Below, piece by piece: positions 22,725 through 34,285 of a stretch of 53,622 bases of DNA (its first letter is position 1; each line of letters begins with the position of its first letter). A program made the translations under genes and the position numbers. The notes below the pieces were generated by a model. That model saw only the letters and a list, made by a program, of their open reading frames with translations. It was not told where the DNA came from and made no database searches. Source of the DNA: Chiloscyllium plagiosum (Eukaryota); NCBI RefSeq assembly GCF_004010195.1, contig NC_057718.1:75473295-75526916 (forward strand), in the 5' to 3' direction.

Positions 22725-23849
22725 TGCTTCCAATTAAACCTATTGGACCATAACCTGGTGTTGTGTGATTTTTAACTTTGTCCACGGGTCCTAGTCTCCT
22801 CGCCTAACGGAAACAATTTCCTAGCATCCGCCCTCTCCAAGCCATGTATTATGTTGTAAGTTTCTATTAGATCTCCCCCTTAACCTTCTAAACTCCAATG
22901 AATACAATCCCAGGAGGCAGTTTAGTGGATCTAAAAGAATCACTTCCTGCTACTCTTTGTCCACAAGTAGTTCTGTAAAGATACTTACCTCATGGATTAA
23001 ATTCTCACATCAGCTTTCACCTACCAGATTCCTTAAGGCCTGGAAAACTGATGACAAGTTAAACAGTTAAAATTAAGGCACAGGACCTTGTTGTATTTAA
23101 GTGACCAATCTCTCTCCTCTGAGGAGCATAGTTGCTGAGTCCTCAATCTACCTCTGTTTAAGCCCGAAGGGGGCAAATACAGGTAGGTTGGTATCCTGTT
23201 TCAGTTTTTTGAACCTCTGAGCAACTTAATCCACCTGTTTTGGGGAGTTACAATTCAACCTGCAGTGTCTGTACTACAGGTGGTTCCTGTATTTTGAGTG
23301 GAAGAGGGCATCATGTCACCCACTGCTCTCCCCCATCTCTACTGTGACTGTATAGGCTCAGGATAGGAGGGGGAGGAATCAGAAGGTCTGCCAGCTCATG
23401 GGCCAACTAGATGTTTAAAAGGACAAATAAAGCCCACTTACAGGCCTTGTCCTGCTGTTACTCTAATTTAACAGCAGCAGGAGAAGCCTAATGTCTAGCA
23501 TGACAGGTTTGAACCTGTGGGTTGGTGTGTAGCTAAAAGCAGTAGAGGCTTTCTTTCTGGGCTCCTGGTGTCACTTAGAAGTCCCAATCCTTCAAACAGT
23601 ACTCCTTTCCTTCCCCCAGCCTGCCCAACATACATGCCCACACTTCTCACTGGGGCCTGGATTGACAAGGCCCTGGATGTACTTCGAGGTGCAAATCCAT
23701 CGCTGATTGTCTCCACAATGTCTGTGGGGGCAGTACTGTCAGTGGCCCTCTATCCCAATACTGTTGGCCTTTGATTAGCTGATAGCTCTCAGAGGAGGGA
23801 CTTACTTATGGCAACGGTTGGAACTCTCACCTCATTCCCATGAATGGCT

Positions 23850-25233
23850 TTAATAGCTGATCTATTTCCTCAGCCACCTCCCTCAGAACTCTAGGATGTA
23901 GCCCATCGGGCCAGGAGATTTATCAACTTTAAGACCTTTTAGCTTTTCTAGCACTTTCTCTTTTGTAATGGCAACCATACTCAACTCAGCCCCTCACTCC
24001 CTTTAATTGTTGGGATATTACTCATGTCTTCCACTGTGAAGACTGACACAAAGTAATTATTAAGTTCTCCAGCTATTTCCTTATCTCCTATCACTAGCCT
24101 TCCAGCATCAGTTTGAAGTGGCCCAATGTCTACTTTTGCCTGTCATTTGTTTCTTATGTATTGAAAGAAACTTTTACTATCATTTCTAATATTACTGGCT
24201 AGCCTACCCTCATATTTGATCCTCTTCTTCCTTATTTCTCTCTTTGTTAACCTCTGTTTGTTTTTGTAGCCTTCCCAATCTTCCGATTTCCCAGTGCTCT
24301 TGGCCACTTTATAGGATCTCTCTTTTTCTTTGATACATTTCCTGACTTCCTTTGTCAGCCATGGCTGTCTAATCCCTCCCCGGATAATCTTTCTTCTCTT
24401 GGGGATGAACCTCTGTACAGTGTCCTCAATTAAACCCACAAACTCCTGCCATTTTTGTTCTACTGTCTTTCCCGCTAGGCTCTGCTTCCAGTAGATTTTC
24501 GTCAGTTCCTCTCTCATGCCCTCATAATTACCTTTATTTAACTGTAACACCATTACATTCGATTTTGTCTTCTCTCTTTCAAACTGCAGACTGAACTCTA
24601 CCATATTATGATCGCTGCTTCCTAAGTGTTCCCTTACTTTAAGATTTTTTATAAAGTCTGGTTCATTACATAGCACTAAGTCCAGAATAGCCTGCCCCAT
24701 GACAAGCTGTTCCAAAAAGCCATCCTGTGAGCATTCCATGAATTCCCTTTCTTTGAATCCACTGGAAACATTATTTACCCAGTCCACCTGCATATTAGAT
24801 TAGATTACTTACAATGTGGAAACAGGCCCTTCGGCCCAACAAGTCCACACCAACCCGCCGAAGCGCAACCCACCCATACCCCTACATTTACCCCTTTAAC
24901 CTAACACTACGGGCAATTTAGCATGGCCAATTCACCTGACCTGCACATTTTTGGATTGTGGGAGGAAACCGGAGCACCCGGAGGAAACCCACGCAGACAT
25001 GGGGAGAACGTGCAAACTCCACACAGTCAGTTGCCTGAGTCGGGAATTGAACCCGGGTCTCTGCCGCTGTGAGGCAGCAGTGCTAACCACCGTGCCACCG
25101 TGCCGCCCATTAAAGTCTCCCATGATCACCGTGACCTTGCCTTTCTGACATGCCTTCTCTATTTCCCGGTACATGTTGCGCCCCTGGTCCTGACCACTGT
25201 TAGGAGGTCTGTACATAACACCCATTATGGTTT
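23850..25233 (-). mobile_element. CR1 LINE ORF2 endonuclease/linker fragment (young)
   Basis: GVMYRPPNS, VIMGDFN|MQVDW, AILDLVLCNE, HLGSSDHNMVEF, QPWLTKE, KSFFQYI. Confidence 0.92.
24797..25108 (-). mobile_element. HE1-type V-SINE, full length, young
   Basis: Minus strand gggcggcacggtggcacggtggttagcactgctgcctcacagcggcagagacccgggttcaattccc...(taatc)n tail. Splits CR1 at GDFN|MQVDW. Confidence 0.95.
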
Positions 25234-25235
25234 GG

Positions 25236-25281
25236 AAATGGAAATGTTCTCTCATAGAAAATGGAAATGTTCTCTCATAGA
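25236..25281. repeat. 23-bp perfect tandem duplication
   Basis: aaatggaaatgttctctcataga x2, abutting the CR1 5' truncation point. Confidence 0.9.
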
Positions 25282-26049
25282 AAATAATCTGGTTGACTTC
25301 AAATGCACATAGCTTTTTTTAAACAAATATGAACTGTCTGAAAATAAGCACAATATTATTTCTAAAGATCAATGCAATTGATAGCAGTTCCAATTTGAAT
25401 TTGTTTTGCTGAATTGAAATGATGGCTTTGCTAGCACAATGCATACGTGCACTTAATTGGGCTGGTGTAACATGTTTGCTTCCTAATCAAAAGTTTTGCA
25501 TTTTAAGCCTTATTCCAAAAACTACTGCACATAACCTATGTGGGAAACTCAGTACCACGGACACTATGTAAAAGGAAGCCAGAATCTCATAACATGAAGG
25601 TACAGTCCAACTGCCAAAGCAGTAAGTATTTGTAAGGCAAGATATGGCTGCAAGACTTGCAAATTGGGCTCCTTGTAATGCATGATTCTACTTTGCAGAC
25701 ACCTGAGTTAAGTGGCAAACACAAGATACAAAACGTTGTTCGACATTCTTATCAATGAACTATTGAATATTTTCTCATTGTCACCTATTGCACCTAAGTG
25801 TTTGTTTATAGCCTTTAAAATAGACACAAAGCTATTTAAACTTGCCTTTTTAAAAAAGAAAATTCCAAAATCACTGTCATCTATTTGTTATTCCATTTCC
25901 ATCTCATTCCTACGGTTTCTGAACAATATTGTTGAACAAATGCTAATTGGTAAAAACTTGTACTTTTATAACACAATGTTCCAAGCCCTTTTGCAGAGCA
26001 GTAGTAAAGTGAATGGAATATTAACTAAAAGAGAGATTTAAAGAATTGT

Positions 26050-27300
26050 TTCAAGGATTTGATGAAAACATTTGTTACAAAAATGGCTTTTGTGTTCTTA
26101 AATGAGAGCAACAAAGAGATGTAGGATTTTAGAAAGAGAATTGACAATAGGAACTTGGCAACTAAAAGCACTGCCATCAGACTATGATAGGAAGATAAGG
26201 TTATATGGCAGAGAGCAGTTAGAAAATCAGCAAGGACAGTAAATGAATAATCTAAAATGGTAATCGAAGAATGATCCTAGCAGAAAAGGAAGGTTTTCAT
26301 TCCAAGTCTGTACCAGCTCTCTACAAGAGTAATTGTCCTTGTGCTGTTCCTGTACATCTTCCTTGTATCTTCGTAAACCTTTCCTCTACACATAGCAATC
26401 CAATTCTCTTTTAAAAGGTACAACTGAACCTGTCTTCACCTGACTCGAAGGCAATTTTTTCAATTCTTAAAATGTTTCCTCATCTTGTCATTAATTCTCT
26501 TGTTGATCAACATCCATTGGTGACTTCTAACTCTTGATCCTTCCACTAATGGGAACAGAATCTCCCTAGTATCTCTGCCCAATTTCCTTGAAGTTTGAAT
26601 ATCTCTATCAAACTTTCCTCTCAACCTTCTTTTGTCTAAGTAGAAAAGCATCAGCTATTCACATAAGTAATGTTTCTATCCCTGTAACTGTTCATGATTT
26701 TTTTCTGCATCTTCTTTAAATGTCTTTACATTCTTCTATAAGCATGATGCCCAGAACTAGAGAAACCACTCCAGTCGAGGCAGTATCAGTATTCTGCATT
26801 ATTTCTAATTACTTCATGTACAGAAAGGCTAGGTTTTGTGCAGAGACAGTTGATCTGGCACAATGGGGGACAAGCGGCCTTGATTGTAATGAGGTTGTTT
26901 GATTTGAAGTTTAGTTCCAGATATTAAGGTGTCATTCTGGAAGGAGAGGTAGGTATCTATAAATAGTAGAACTTGGAGGGGCTCGCAGGGAGACTTAGAG
27001 ATGTAAGTGGTGCTGGTAATGCTTTCAGCAATGTTGGGTTTGAAGCAGTTATCATTGCAGAAATGGGTATCAGTGAGGGTGATCAATGCAGGATATGGGA
27101 TTTTAAAAGTCATCTTAGATTTGAGCAAAATATTGAAGTGTTGCATTGGTGGATTCAGCTTAAGTGAGTAGTAACAAATGAAGGATCATTGACACTTTGA
27201 TCTTAGTAATACTAAGCTGGGAAAAGTTTCTCACTCCAAGTTAACACCAGCTGTGATAGTCAACTAATATTTGTGGCGGTGTTCTATTTTCACATCACAT
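26050..27300 (-). mobile_element. Old L2-like LINE 3' region interrupted by an old CR1 3' end (~26280-26830, minus strand)
   Basis: CR1 part LFYLDKRRLRG...LFPLVEGSRVRSHQ. Flanks resemble decayed L2 3' sequence. Confidence 0.55.
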
Positions 27301-28059
27301 TGGATAGAAGACAAAATTAAAAATTCAGCCAATTAAGATTGTAAAGATTGTTAAGTATTAAGAAGTGGACTTAAAGGAAGTTTCACAGCTTTATTGGAAG
27401 AGAAACGTTTTAGGATTTCTAAGACTTACTTCTGTAAGGCACTGACTAGTAACATCCATAACCTGATCAAATCCTTTCAATCCTAGAAGACAAGGTGAAA
27501 GGGCTTAGTTTCTTCAAATGGATAGCGATCTAATATAGTGTGTGTTGGGTGGTATTGGTGTAAGATAAAAGGAACAGTTACATCACTCCCCCTTCATCTA
27601 TCAACCCATTTGATAGCATGCTGCAGGCATACAGTTGCTGGTGTTTGGGTCGTTAAGAGTGTCTGAAATCTTTGCAAAAATCTGTTTCCTTACAGTTAAT
27701 ATTTAAATGTCCAGTTTAAATTCTAAATGTGGCCTCCTTAATCAGGGCTTTACAATGTCTCCACTGGAACACAGTAGAACTTAGTTAATGAAGGAAAGAT
27801 AGCAGCTTAAACAGTTTTTTTCCAAACTGGGGCCAGCTAGCTTTTGAATTTCAAAGACATTTAAACATAGGCATTTCAGTGTGACTGAACACCGAGTCTA
27901 ATTTTGAGCAGAGTGCTGACAGTAGGGTGAGTAGGACTTAAGGGAAGGAGGAAAGGAGGTTTCCCTTTATCTTTTCTAACTTTTGCCCACCTGTGGGACT
28001 TGGTTCTTACTCTACCACATGAAAAAAAATGGCTGTTTGGTGAGTATCTGGCAAGAGGC

Positions 28060-28640
28060 CAAAACAGGATGTGTTTTCAAAGAGGAAGATATAGCTTTTG
28101 TGGCCAAAGAGATTAAGGGATATGGGGGTGGGGAGGTGGTGGGGGAAGAGGATGGGTTTAGGGTATTGAGCTCCATGATCATATTAATGGCTTGTGGGAT
28201 AAAATGGTCTACTCCTCCTATCTTTGATATTTTGGGTGAAAGCGGTTCTGAAGCATGGATGAGCCAATTGATAATGGTGTAGAAAACCATTTCCAATGTT
28301 GCTGGGAAAGAAATGTCGAGGTAATAGCAAACAGTTTAATGAAGGAGATTGACACTGCTCTGTTCACAGAAAAAGCAATAGCTCAGAAGGTGAGTTGCAT
28401 AACATGGGAAGTAGTGAGGATTTAAAATTAAATAACGGGGCAAGGGATCAAATTTTGGAAGGCTCGGTCATTTAAAAAGTAAAGACAAGATAGTAAGGAA
28501 AAGTATTAATGATAATTATTGATATAGCAAGAAGGGACAGAGACCACATCAACAGATAGGTTTCAAAAAACAAAGACAGACAAAACCAAAGACTCCATAT
28601 CTGAAGGTACGTAATATTCAAAACAAAGCAGATGATACAA
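28060..28640 (+). mobile_element. Old CR1 fragments (3' end, then ORF1-end/ORF2-start-like piece)
   Basis: FKEEDIAFVAKEIKGYG followed by ccatgatcatattaatggc. Confidence 0.5.
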
Positions 28641-28949
28641 GAGGGTACAAGAGAGTTGTCCTGCTCTCAGCTGGCTGAAGGTAGAATTTAGGAGCATCAT
28701 TAATTCATTCAAGTTTTTGTCTGAAAACAATGACTTCCAGTGAAAATTTGTCTTATAATGATACCTGACTTCATCATTGATAAGACACGAGCTGTTAGTG
28801 TTAAGAAATCAGCGACATATTGATTCTTCTTTGTTGCACAGCAAAAATACAACTGGCAATTTTACTATCATTCCACAATATTCAGATCCTCATTATAATA
28901 GGTGCCAGCTGTGATCAAGGGGCTCTGGACTTCACTTTTACTTCAGGAG

Positions 28950-29060
28950 TCCCTCTTGTAGCATAGTGGTAATGTCCCTACCCCTAGAATTTAAGGCCTA
29001 GGTTCAGAATCCCACATGCTCCAAAAGGTATGTTGTAACATTGCTGAGCAGATTATCAGG
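28950..29060 (+). mobile_element. tRNA-headed SINE fragment
   Basis: tagcatagtggtaatgtccctac...ggttcagaatcccacatgctcca; same family as 20412. Confidence 0.55.
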
Positions 29061-29109
29061 AAAAAAATAAGTTTAAACTTCATTTTGTCAAAACGTTTAC
29101 ACTGACATT

Positions 29110-29380
29110 TCATAGAATCCCTCCATTTTGGATGCGGGCCATGTGGCTCATCAAGTCCCTCTGAAGAGCATCTCACCCAGACCTGGCCCTGCCACCCGCT
29201 CCCACCTAATCCCTGTAACCCTACATTTCCCATGGTTAATGCATGTTTTGACTGCGGGAAAAACCCATGCAGACATGGGGACAATGTGCAAACTCCACAT
29301 AGCCACTAGAGGGTGGAATCAAACCCAGTTCCCTGGCACTGTGAAGCAGCAGTGCTAACTACTGAGCCACTGTGTCGCCC
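29110..29380 (-). mobile_element. HE1-type V-SINE, diverged
   Basis: cccatgcagacatggggacaatgtgcaaactccaca...gcagcagtgctaactactgagccactgtg. Confidence 0.85.
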
Positions 29381-29389
29381 TTCAGTGAA

Positions 29390-29800
29390 GCGTTACTCCA
29401 TTCGGAGGTGGCTGGTTTCGGCAATGTTAAATCAAGGCCACATTTACACTTCTTTGCATTAACATAAAAGAGATTCCATGGTGCTATTTTGAAAAAAAGA
29501 GCAGGGAAGTTCTCCCCTGGGTCCTGGCCAATATTGATCTCAATCACACCTGAAAAAGATCATCTGGTCATCATTTTGCTGTCATTGTGACAGCTTGTTG
29601 TGCACAATTTGACTACCACTTATCCCACATTACAGCAAAAACTAAATTTCAAAAATACTTGTTAATAGCAAACATAGAAATGCTGGCAGTATCTGTAAAG
29701 AGAAAAACAGTGTTAACATTGAGTCTAATATGATTTTCTTCAGAACATTTTTACTTGCTTTGGGATGTTGCTATATAAATGCAAGTCTCCCTTTCTTTGT
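29390..29800 (+). mobile_element. Deu-domain SINE (AmnSINE1/SacSINE1-related)
   Basis: gattccatggtgctattttgaa..agagcagggaagttctcccc.gg.gtcctggccaatatt...gctatataaatgcaagtct matches the recalled DeuSINE core and tail. Confidence 0.8.
29662..29751 (-). mobile_element. Old short PLE pseudo-LTR insert (family A') in Deu-SINE
   Basis: 6-bp TSD tacttg (29656 / 29752). Minus strand tgtt-CTGAAGA-...-caatgtt-aaca, a decayed hammerhead. Confidence 0.65.
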
Positions 29801-31331
29801 GAAAGTTTGCAAAATACGCAATATGCAAATGTTTGTTCTTGATTCAATGTGCTTTGAAATCATGATCATAATCTATTGGCAATCAATAATATGTCTCCAT
29901 GTTCCCACCCTCAACAACCAGGGCAGGTGTTGTAACTTGTGCCATCTCAGACTTTTTATGCCCTGCATTCAATCAGAACAAATCTTGTAGTAGTGCATGA
30001 CAATGCTCCTTGAAAATGCTGCATTAAATTCATAGCAGCATGATGAAAGAACAGTAGAAGTATGTTTAAATAAAAGATGTATTCTACTTAGTAAACCGCC
30101 CAACATTGAATGAAATAAGTGACTTGCTATTAAAATTACAGTTTGAAAGAAGGAACTACAGTGTTCTAAATTCAAACACAAGAATACGCCAACATTCGAA
30201 AGGAAAAACGTTCACTCTTCAAGGAACTGTCGAGGGACGTAAAAGCAATTCTAATGTACATACCACATCACTACACTGGAAATTCATCTTTTCAAGAGCT
30301 GCCAATGGGAATTGTACTTCACACCAGCAATACTGTCATCAAAAGGTGCATTAGTGGATTATTAAATATTCACCCAGCATGATAATGTCAATGCTTTCAG
30401 TGAGGAGCAAAGGGTTTCAGTCCTCATGCTGGAAATAGGGGGAGTAACTGCCATGTTTCATAGTAGATCCCACAAACCAGACTGAAAATGACTAAGTAAT
30501 GTTGAAGGGAATTTTAATGCAAAACAAAATGGTTTGGCACAGGTTGGAAGTTAGTATGTTAAGAATCTGAACCCTGTCCCAGTCCACCCAATTCACCCAA
30601 TTCTAGTTTCAACAGAGAGACAATGATGCTGACAAACCAATATATGGCAATTTTAATTCTATAGTGACACCATGTGCCCCATATTTAATCACCCAAGGTT
30701 AAATTAGCTCCACTGACCAAGCTTCCAAGACTTCAAGAACGCTCACTCCCAGGACAGAGATGAAGATCACTGGTTCCAAAAGTTGTGTCTTTCCACAAGT
30801 TGAATTCTGTATGTCTTTCTCACCCAATCCCAACAAATATTCACGAAACTGTGTGACTTCCGCTCAACCACTTGAAAGTTGTCTCACTTCTAACCATGAA
30901 GACTCAACACCAGCCTCCACCTCTAACTCCACAGGCCTCCAACTACTGTCCCCTGACAGAATTGGGTTCCCCCCATCCAAGAAAAATCAGATCCAGGACT
31001 TTCCTATAGCTGTGGCCTATTCTCCAGTATTTCTCATCCATTTGGAAACTAAGCCTAGCAATCAGGCTGACCTTTGGATGGGGAATTTAACAACATTACA
31101 TGCAGTCTCTTGGATTAAAAATTCCACAGCTTAAAGGGAAACTCTGTTCACTTCTACTCTGCTGCCTCCAGTTTCCCCTCCTGTTTCCTTTTGTGGCTGT
31201 AGCATTCCTTTTATCTCCTTTTGCTGTTGTGTGTCTGCTTTTTCTTTTGCTTTTATTTCCATTGTGAAGGTTTTCTCTTGCCTCTTTAATTTGACATAAT
31301 AATCTTTTCTGCCAAGTCGAACTCTTGCTTC

Positions 31332-31545
31332 TTATGGAGTAGAAACCGGTTGTGATGTCACATTTACTTTTTTAAAAGCACCATCATTTGTTTTTTTACT
31401 ATTTTCAGAGCAAACTTTGGACAGGCTCTGATTCACCCCACTGACAGCAATGTCTAAGTCTAAAATCTTGGTAATTGTTTCATATTTCCCTGCGTCAAAC
31501 ACCATATCATGATTACTAATGGATAAATAGTCATGCACCTCTGGG
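31332..31545 (-). other. Candidate exon of an unidentified gene or pseudogene
   Basis: Acceptor-like ttttgttaacag|C at 31546/31545, non-repeat sequence, frame PEVHDYLSISNHDMVFDAGKYETITKILDLD... No family recognised. Confidence 0.3.
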
Positions 31546-31669
31546 CTGTTAACAAAATATTGTTAATTACCAAATCCAGTATTACGTGTCCTTTTGTTGG
31601 AACTAACATACATTCATGTTGAAAACTACCTATCTATCAAACTTCAGATGTTCACCATCTTTGTGTTGT

Positions 31670-32625
31670 AAAAATCAAAAAGAAAACTGCAGATGCTGTA
31701 AATCAGAAACAAAAACAGAAATTGCTGGAAAAGCTCTGGCAACATCTGTGAAGAGATATCAGAGATAACATTTCCGGTCAAGTGACCTTTCGTCAGAACT
31801 GATGGTAGCTAGGAAAATGTTGGTTCATCGTAGACGGGAGGGGGTAAGGAGAACAGTTGGACAGACAAAGAAACAGGTAATGACCTAGAAGGGTGAATAG
31901 CTATCAAAGGGGACTGTTAGCAGCTAACCATGGGTTGTATGTAATAGCTGACTATGTGTTAACAAAGCCTGATGGGCGGGGCTTGGGCTAAGAGCATGGG
32001 AGAGGTCAAGCTCTAAACATAAAGTCATTGAGTCCGGAGGGCTGCAGGGTGTCCAAGCAGAAAATGAGGTGCTGTAACTCCAGCTTGCACTGAGCTTGAC
32101 CTGCAGCAAGCCTGAGGTTCCCTGTTCTCTGGCCAACATCTCTGTCTCAGGCTTGCTGCTGCGGTCCAGCAAAGCTCAGTGCAAGCCTGAAACACGGTAC
32201 CTTGTTTTCTGCATGGGCACAGTGCAGCCCCCTGGGCTCAATATCAAATTCAAAATCTTTAGGGCTTGAGCTCACCCATGTCCTTATCCCAATTTCCTCC
32301 ACACATTAAGCCTTGTTAACACATCGTTGGCTATTACACACAATCCATTGTTAGCCACGAAAAATCCCCATTAATAGCTATTCATCCTTCTAGCCAGATT
32401 GTTACCCACTCCTTTGTCTGTCCAGCTGCTCTCCTCTCTCTTTGGTTCTATCCCTACCTATCGTTTAACTTTATTTCCCCTCCCCCACCCTATCTACTGC
32501 GTATAAACTGACATTTTCCTAGCTACCATCAGGAAGGGTCACTCACCCCGAAACATTAACTCTGATTTCTCTCCACAGATGCTGCCAGACCTGCTGAGCT
32601 TTTCCTGAAATTTCCATCTTTCTGA
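31670..32625. mobile_element. ~950-bp fold-back PLE insertion (two inverted 3' ends with pseudo-LTRs, family A')
   Basis: Arms are reverse complements about a centre at ~32125, and each carries a CKLE..HL(I/V)FC.GT.QP.GLN-like C-terminus. Left hammerhead agtt-CTGACGA-aa-ggtca-ct-tgacc-g-GAAA-tgtt-atct (31763-31800, minus strand). Confidence 0.85.
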
Positions 32626-33034
32626 TGTATGCTGGTCTGCTCGTCACAAAATCTGAAAAAGCCAAAATCCCTAGTGAAGCCATTCTGCTTTTACTATATC
32701 CTTATCTCAACATTTACATGATCTGCCATTTCACTACTGCAACTAAGTACCCTATGATTGACTGATTGATTTATAGTCACATGTACGAGCAGTACAGGCA
32801 GATCGTAGTAAGCAAGGATGTCCAGGTCAGAGGTTATAAAAGACCTAAAGGTTACATTGCAGAGGGTGCGTGTTAGGCAAGATCAATGTCAGCAAGATCC
32901 ACATTATTTGAAGCTAGAAAGTACATTCATCAGTCTTATAACTGCTGGGAAGAAGCTGTTCCTATACAGGCTGGTGCATATGTTGAGGCTTCTGTATCTT
33001 CTACCTGATAGAAGAAATTGTAGAATATCATTAC

Positions 33035-33542
33035 TGTGCAAGATAGGGACCTCTGCGACCCCCCATCAGGCACTCTGCTTCCCTTCCCAAGAACAAAGAC
33101 ACGGAGGAGTTCGTCCAAAACTATGTATTCAGTTCTGCAGAACCGGGTGTTACCTCAATGGCTTCCCACGAGGCACACACACAGATTGTAATCCCCGCGC
33201 ATTATATACATGTAGTAATGGGCTGGGCCTTCTACTGTCTCAGCCAATGGGTGTCAAAGTTCCCCACTGTCCTCCCTGATGGATGAGATTATTTGGTTCA
33301 TCACCCAGCCAATCAGTGTTTGAGTTCACCGTTCTCCCTTATATGGATGATGATGTACAGCCATGGGTTGTGGGCAGTCCCTCAGCCACGAGGAAAGCTG
33401 TTTCCATTGTTCCATTCATGAAAATCTAGGGGAGTATCTGCTGGTGCTTACTACAGGGTAGAAAGGACTAAAATGGTGGCTTTGTACTTACTATGTGCTT
33501 ACTACAACAGTTAATGATTTAAAAATTACACCACCCCTTACA
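33035..33542 (-). mobile_element. Solo LTR (508 bp)
   Basis: TGT...ACA termini with TTAC duplicated on both sides (33031-34 / 33543-46). Removing it restores the Rex1 sequence seen at 17128. Two CCAAT motifs, TATATAA (~33205) and a polyA-like AATACA (~33128) lie in U3-R order on the minus strand. Confidence 0.8.
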
Positions 33543-33984
33543 TTACCGAGGTGTGATGGGTCTTTGGTGATGTTGGCAGCCTTTCCGAGCAGTGAACCAT
33601 GTAAATGGAGTCCATGGATGGAAGGTTGGCTTAATTGATGATCTGGGCTGTGCACACAACCTTCTGTAGTTTCTTACAGTCCTGGGCAAGGGCAGCTGCC
33701 ATACCAGGTTGTTATACATCCAGACACTATGCTTTTAATGGTGTATCTATCAATGTTGGTGAGAGTCCTTATAGACATGCCAAATTTCCTGAGCTGCCTG
33801 AGGAAGAAGATGCATTGTTATTCCTTCTTGAATGTCACATCTATGTGGGAAGTCCAGGACAGGTTGTTGGTTATAGTCACTCCGAAGAACTGGATGCTCC
33901 CCACCCTCTCAATGTCAGTTCCGTTGATGTGGATGGGAGCATGTTCTCCTTCTTTCTTTCTGAAGTCAATGACCAGCTCTTCAG

Positions 33985-34285
33985 GGTGGCATGGTGGCTC
34001 AATGGTTAGTGCTGCTACCGCACAGTACCAGGGACCCGGGTTCAATTCCAGCCTCGGGCGACTGTCTGTGTGGAATTTGCACATTCTCCCTGTGGGTTCC
34101 CTCTGGGACGTCTCCAGTTTCTTCCCAAAATCCAAAGATGTACAGGTTAGGTGAATTGGTCATGCTAAATTGTCCATAGTGGTCACAGATGTGTAGTCAG
34201 GGGTAAATGTAGGGTCTGGGTGGAGAGTCAGTGTGAATTTGTTGGGCTGAAGGTCCTGTTTCCACACTGTAGGGATTGGAATTCT
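33985..34285 (+). mobile_element. HE1-type V-SINE in Rex1
   Basis: ggtggctcaatggttagtgctgct...ccgggttcaattccagcctcgggcgactgtctgtgtggaatttgcacattctccc. Confidence 0.9.

Larger units (their letters stand above)
22431..22778. mobile_element. Fold-back PLE insert (family B): two inverted pseudo-LTR arms around a GIY-YIG fragment
   Basis: 13/14 TSD tgtccac(a/g)ggtcct (22417 / 22779). Spacer (minus strand) encodes GRYSCDSANIVYLIRCRQGC. One hammerhead in each arm. Confidence 0.92.
22130..22915 (-). mobile_element. Young CR1 LINE 3' end
   Basis: GHSLRIRGGKFRTEMRRHFFSQRVVGLWNSLP; tail taagaccataagacatag; CpGs retained. Confidence 0.92.

Noticed and set aside
25507..25627. Plus-strand exon candidate ending GCA|gtaagt
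   Set aside because: One open frame but no recognisable product or partner exons; compatible with chance
32818..33279. 153-aa plus-strand ORF
   Set aside because: Chance frame across antisense Rex1 and the solo LTR
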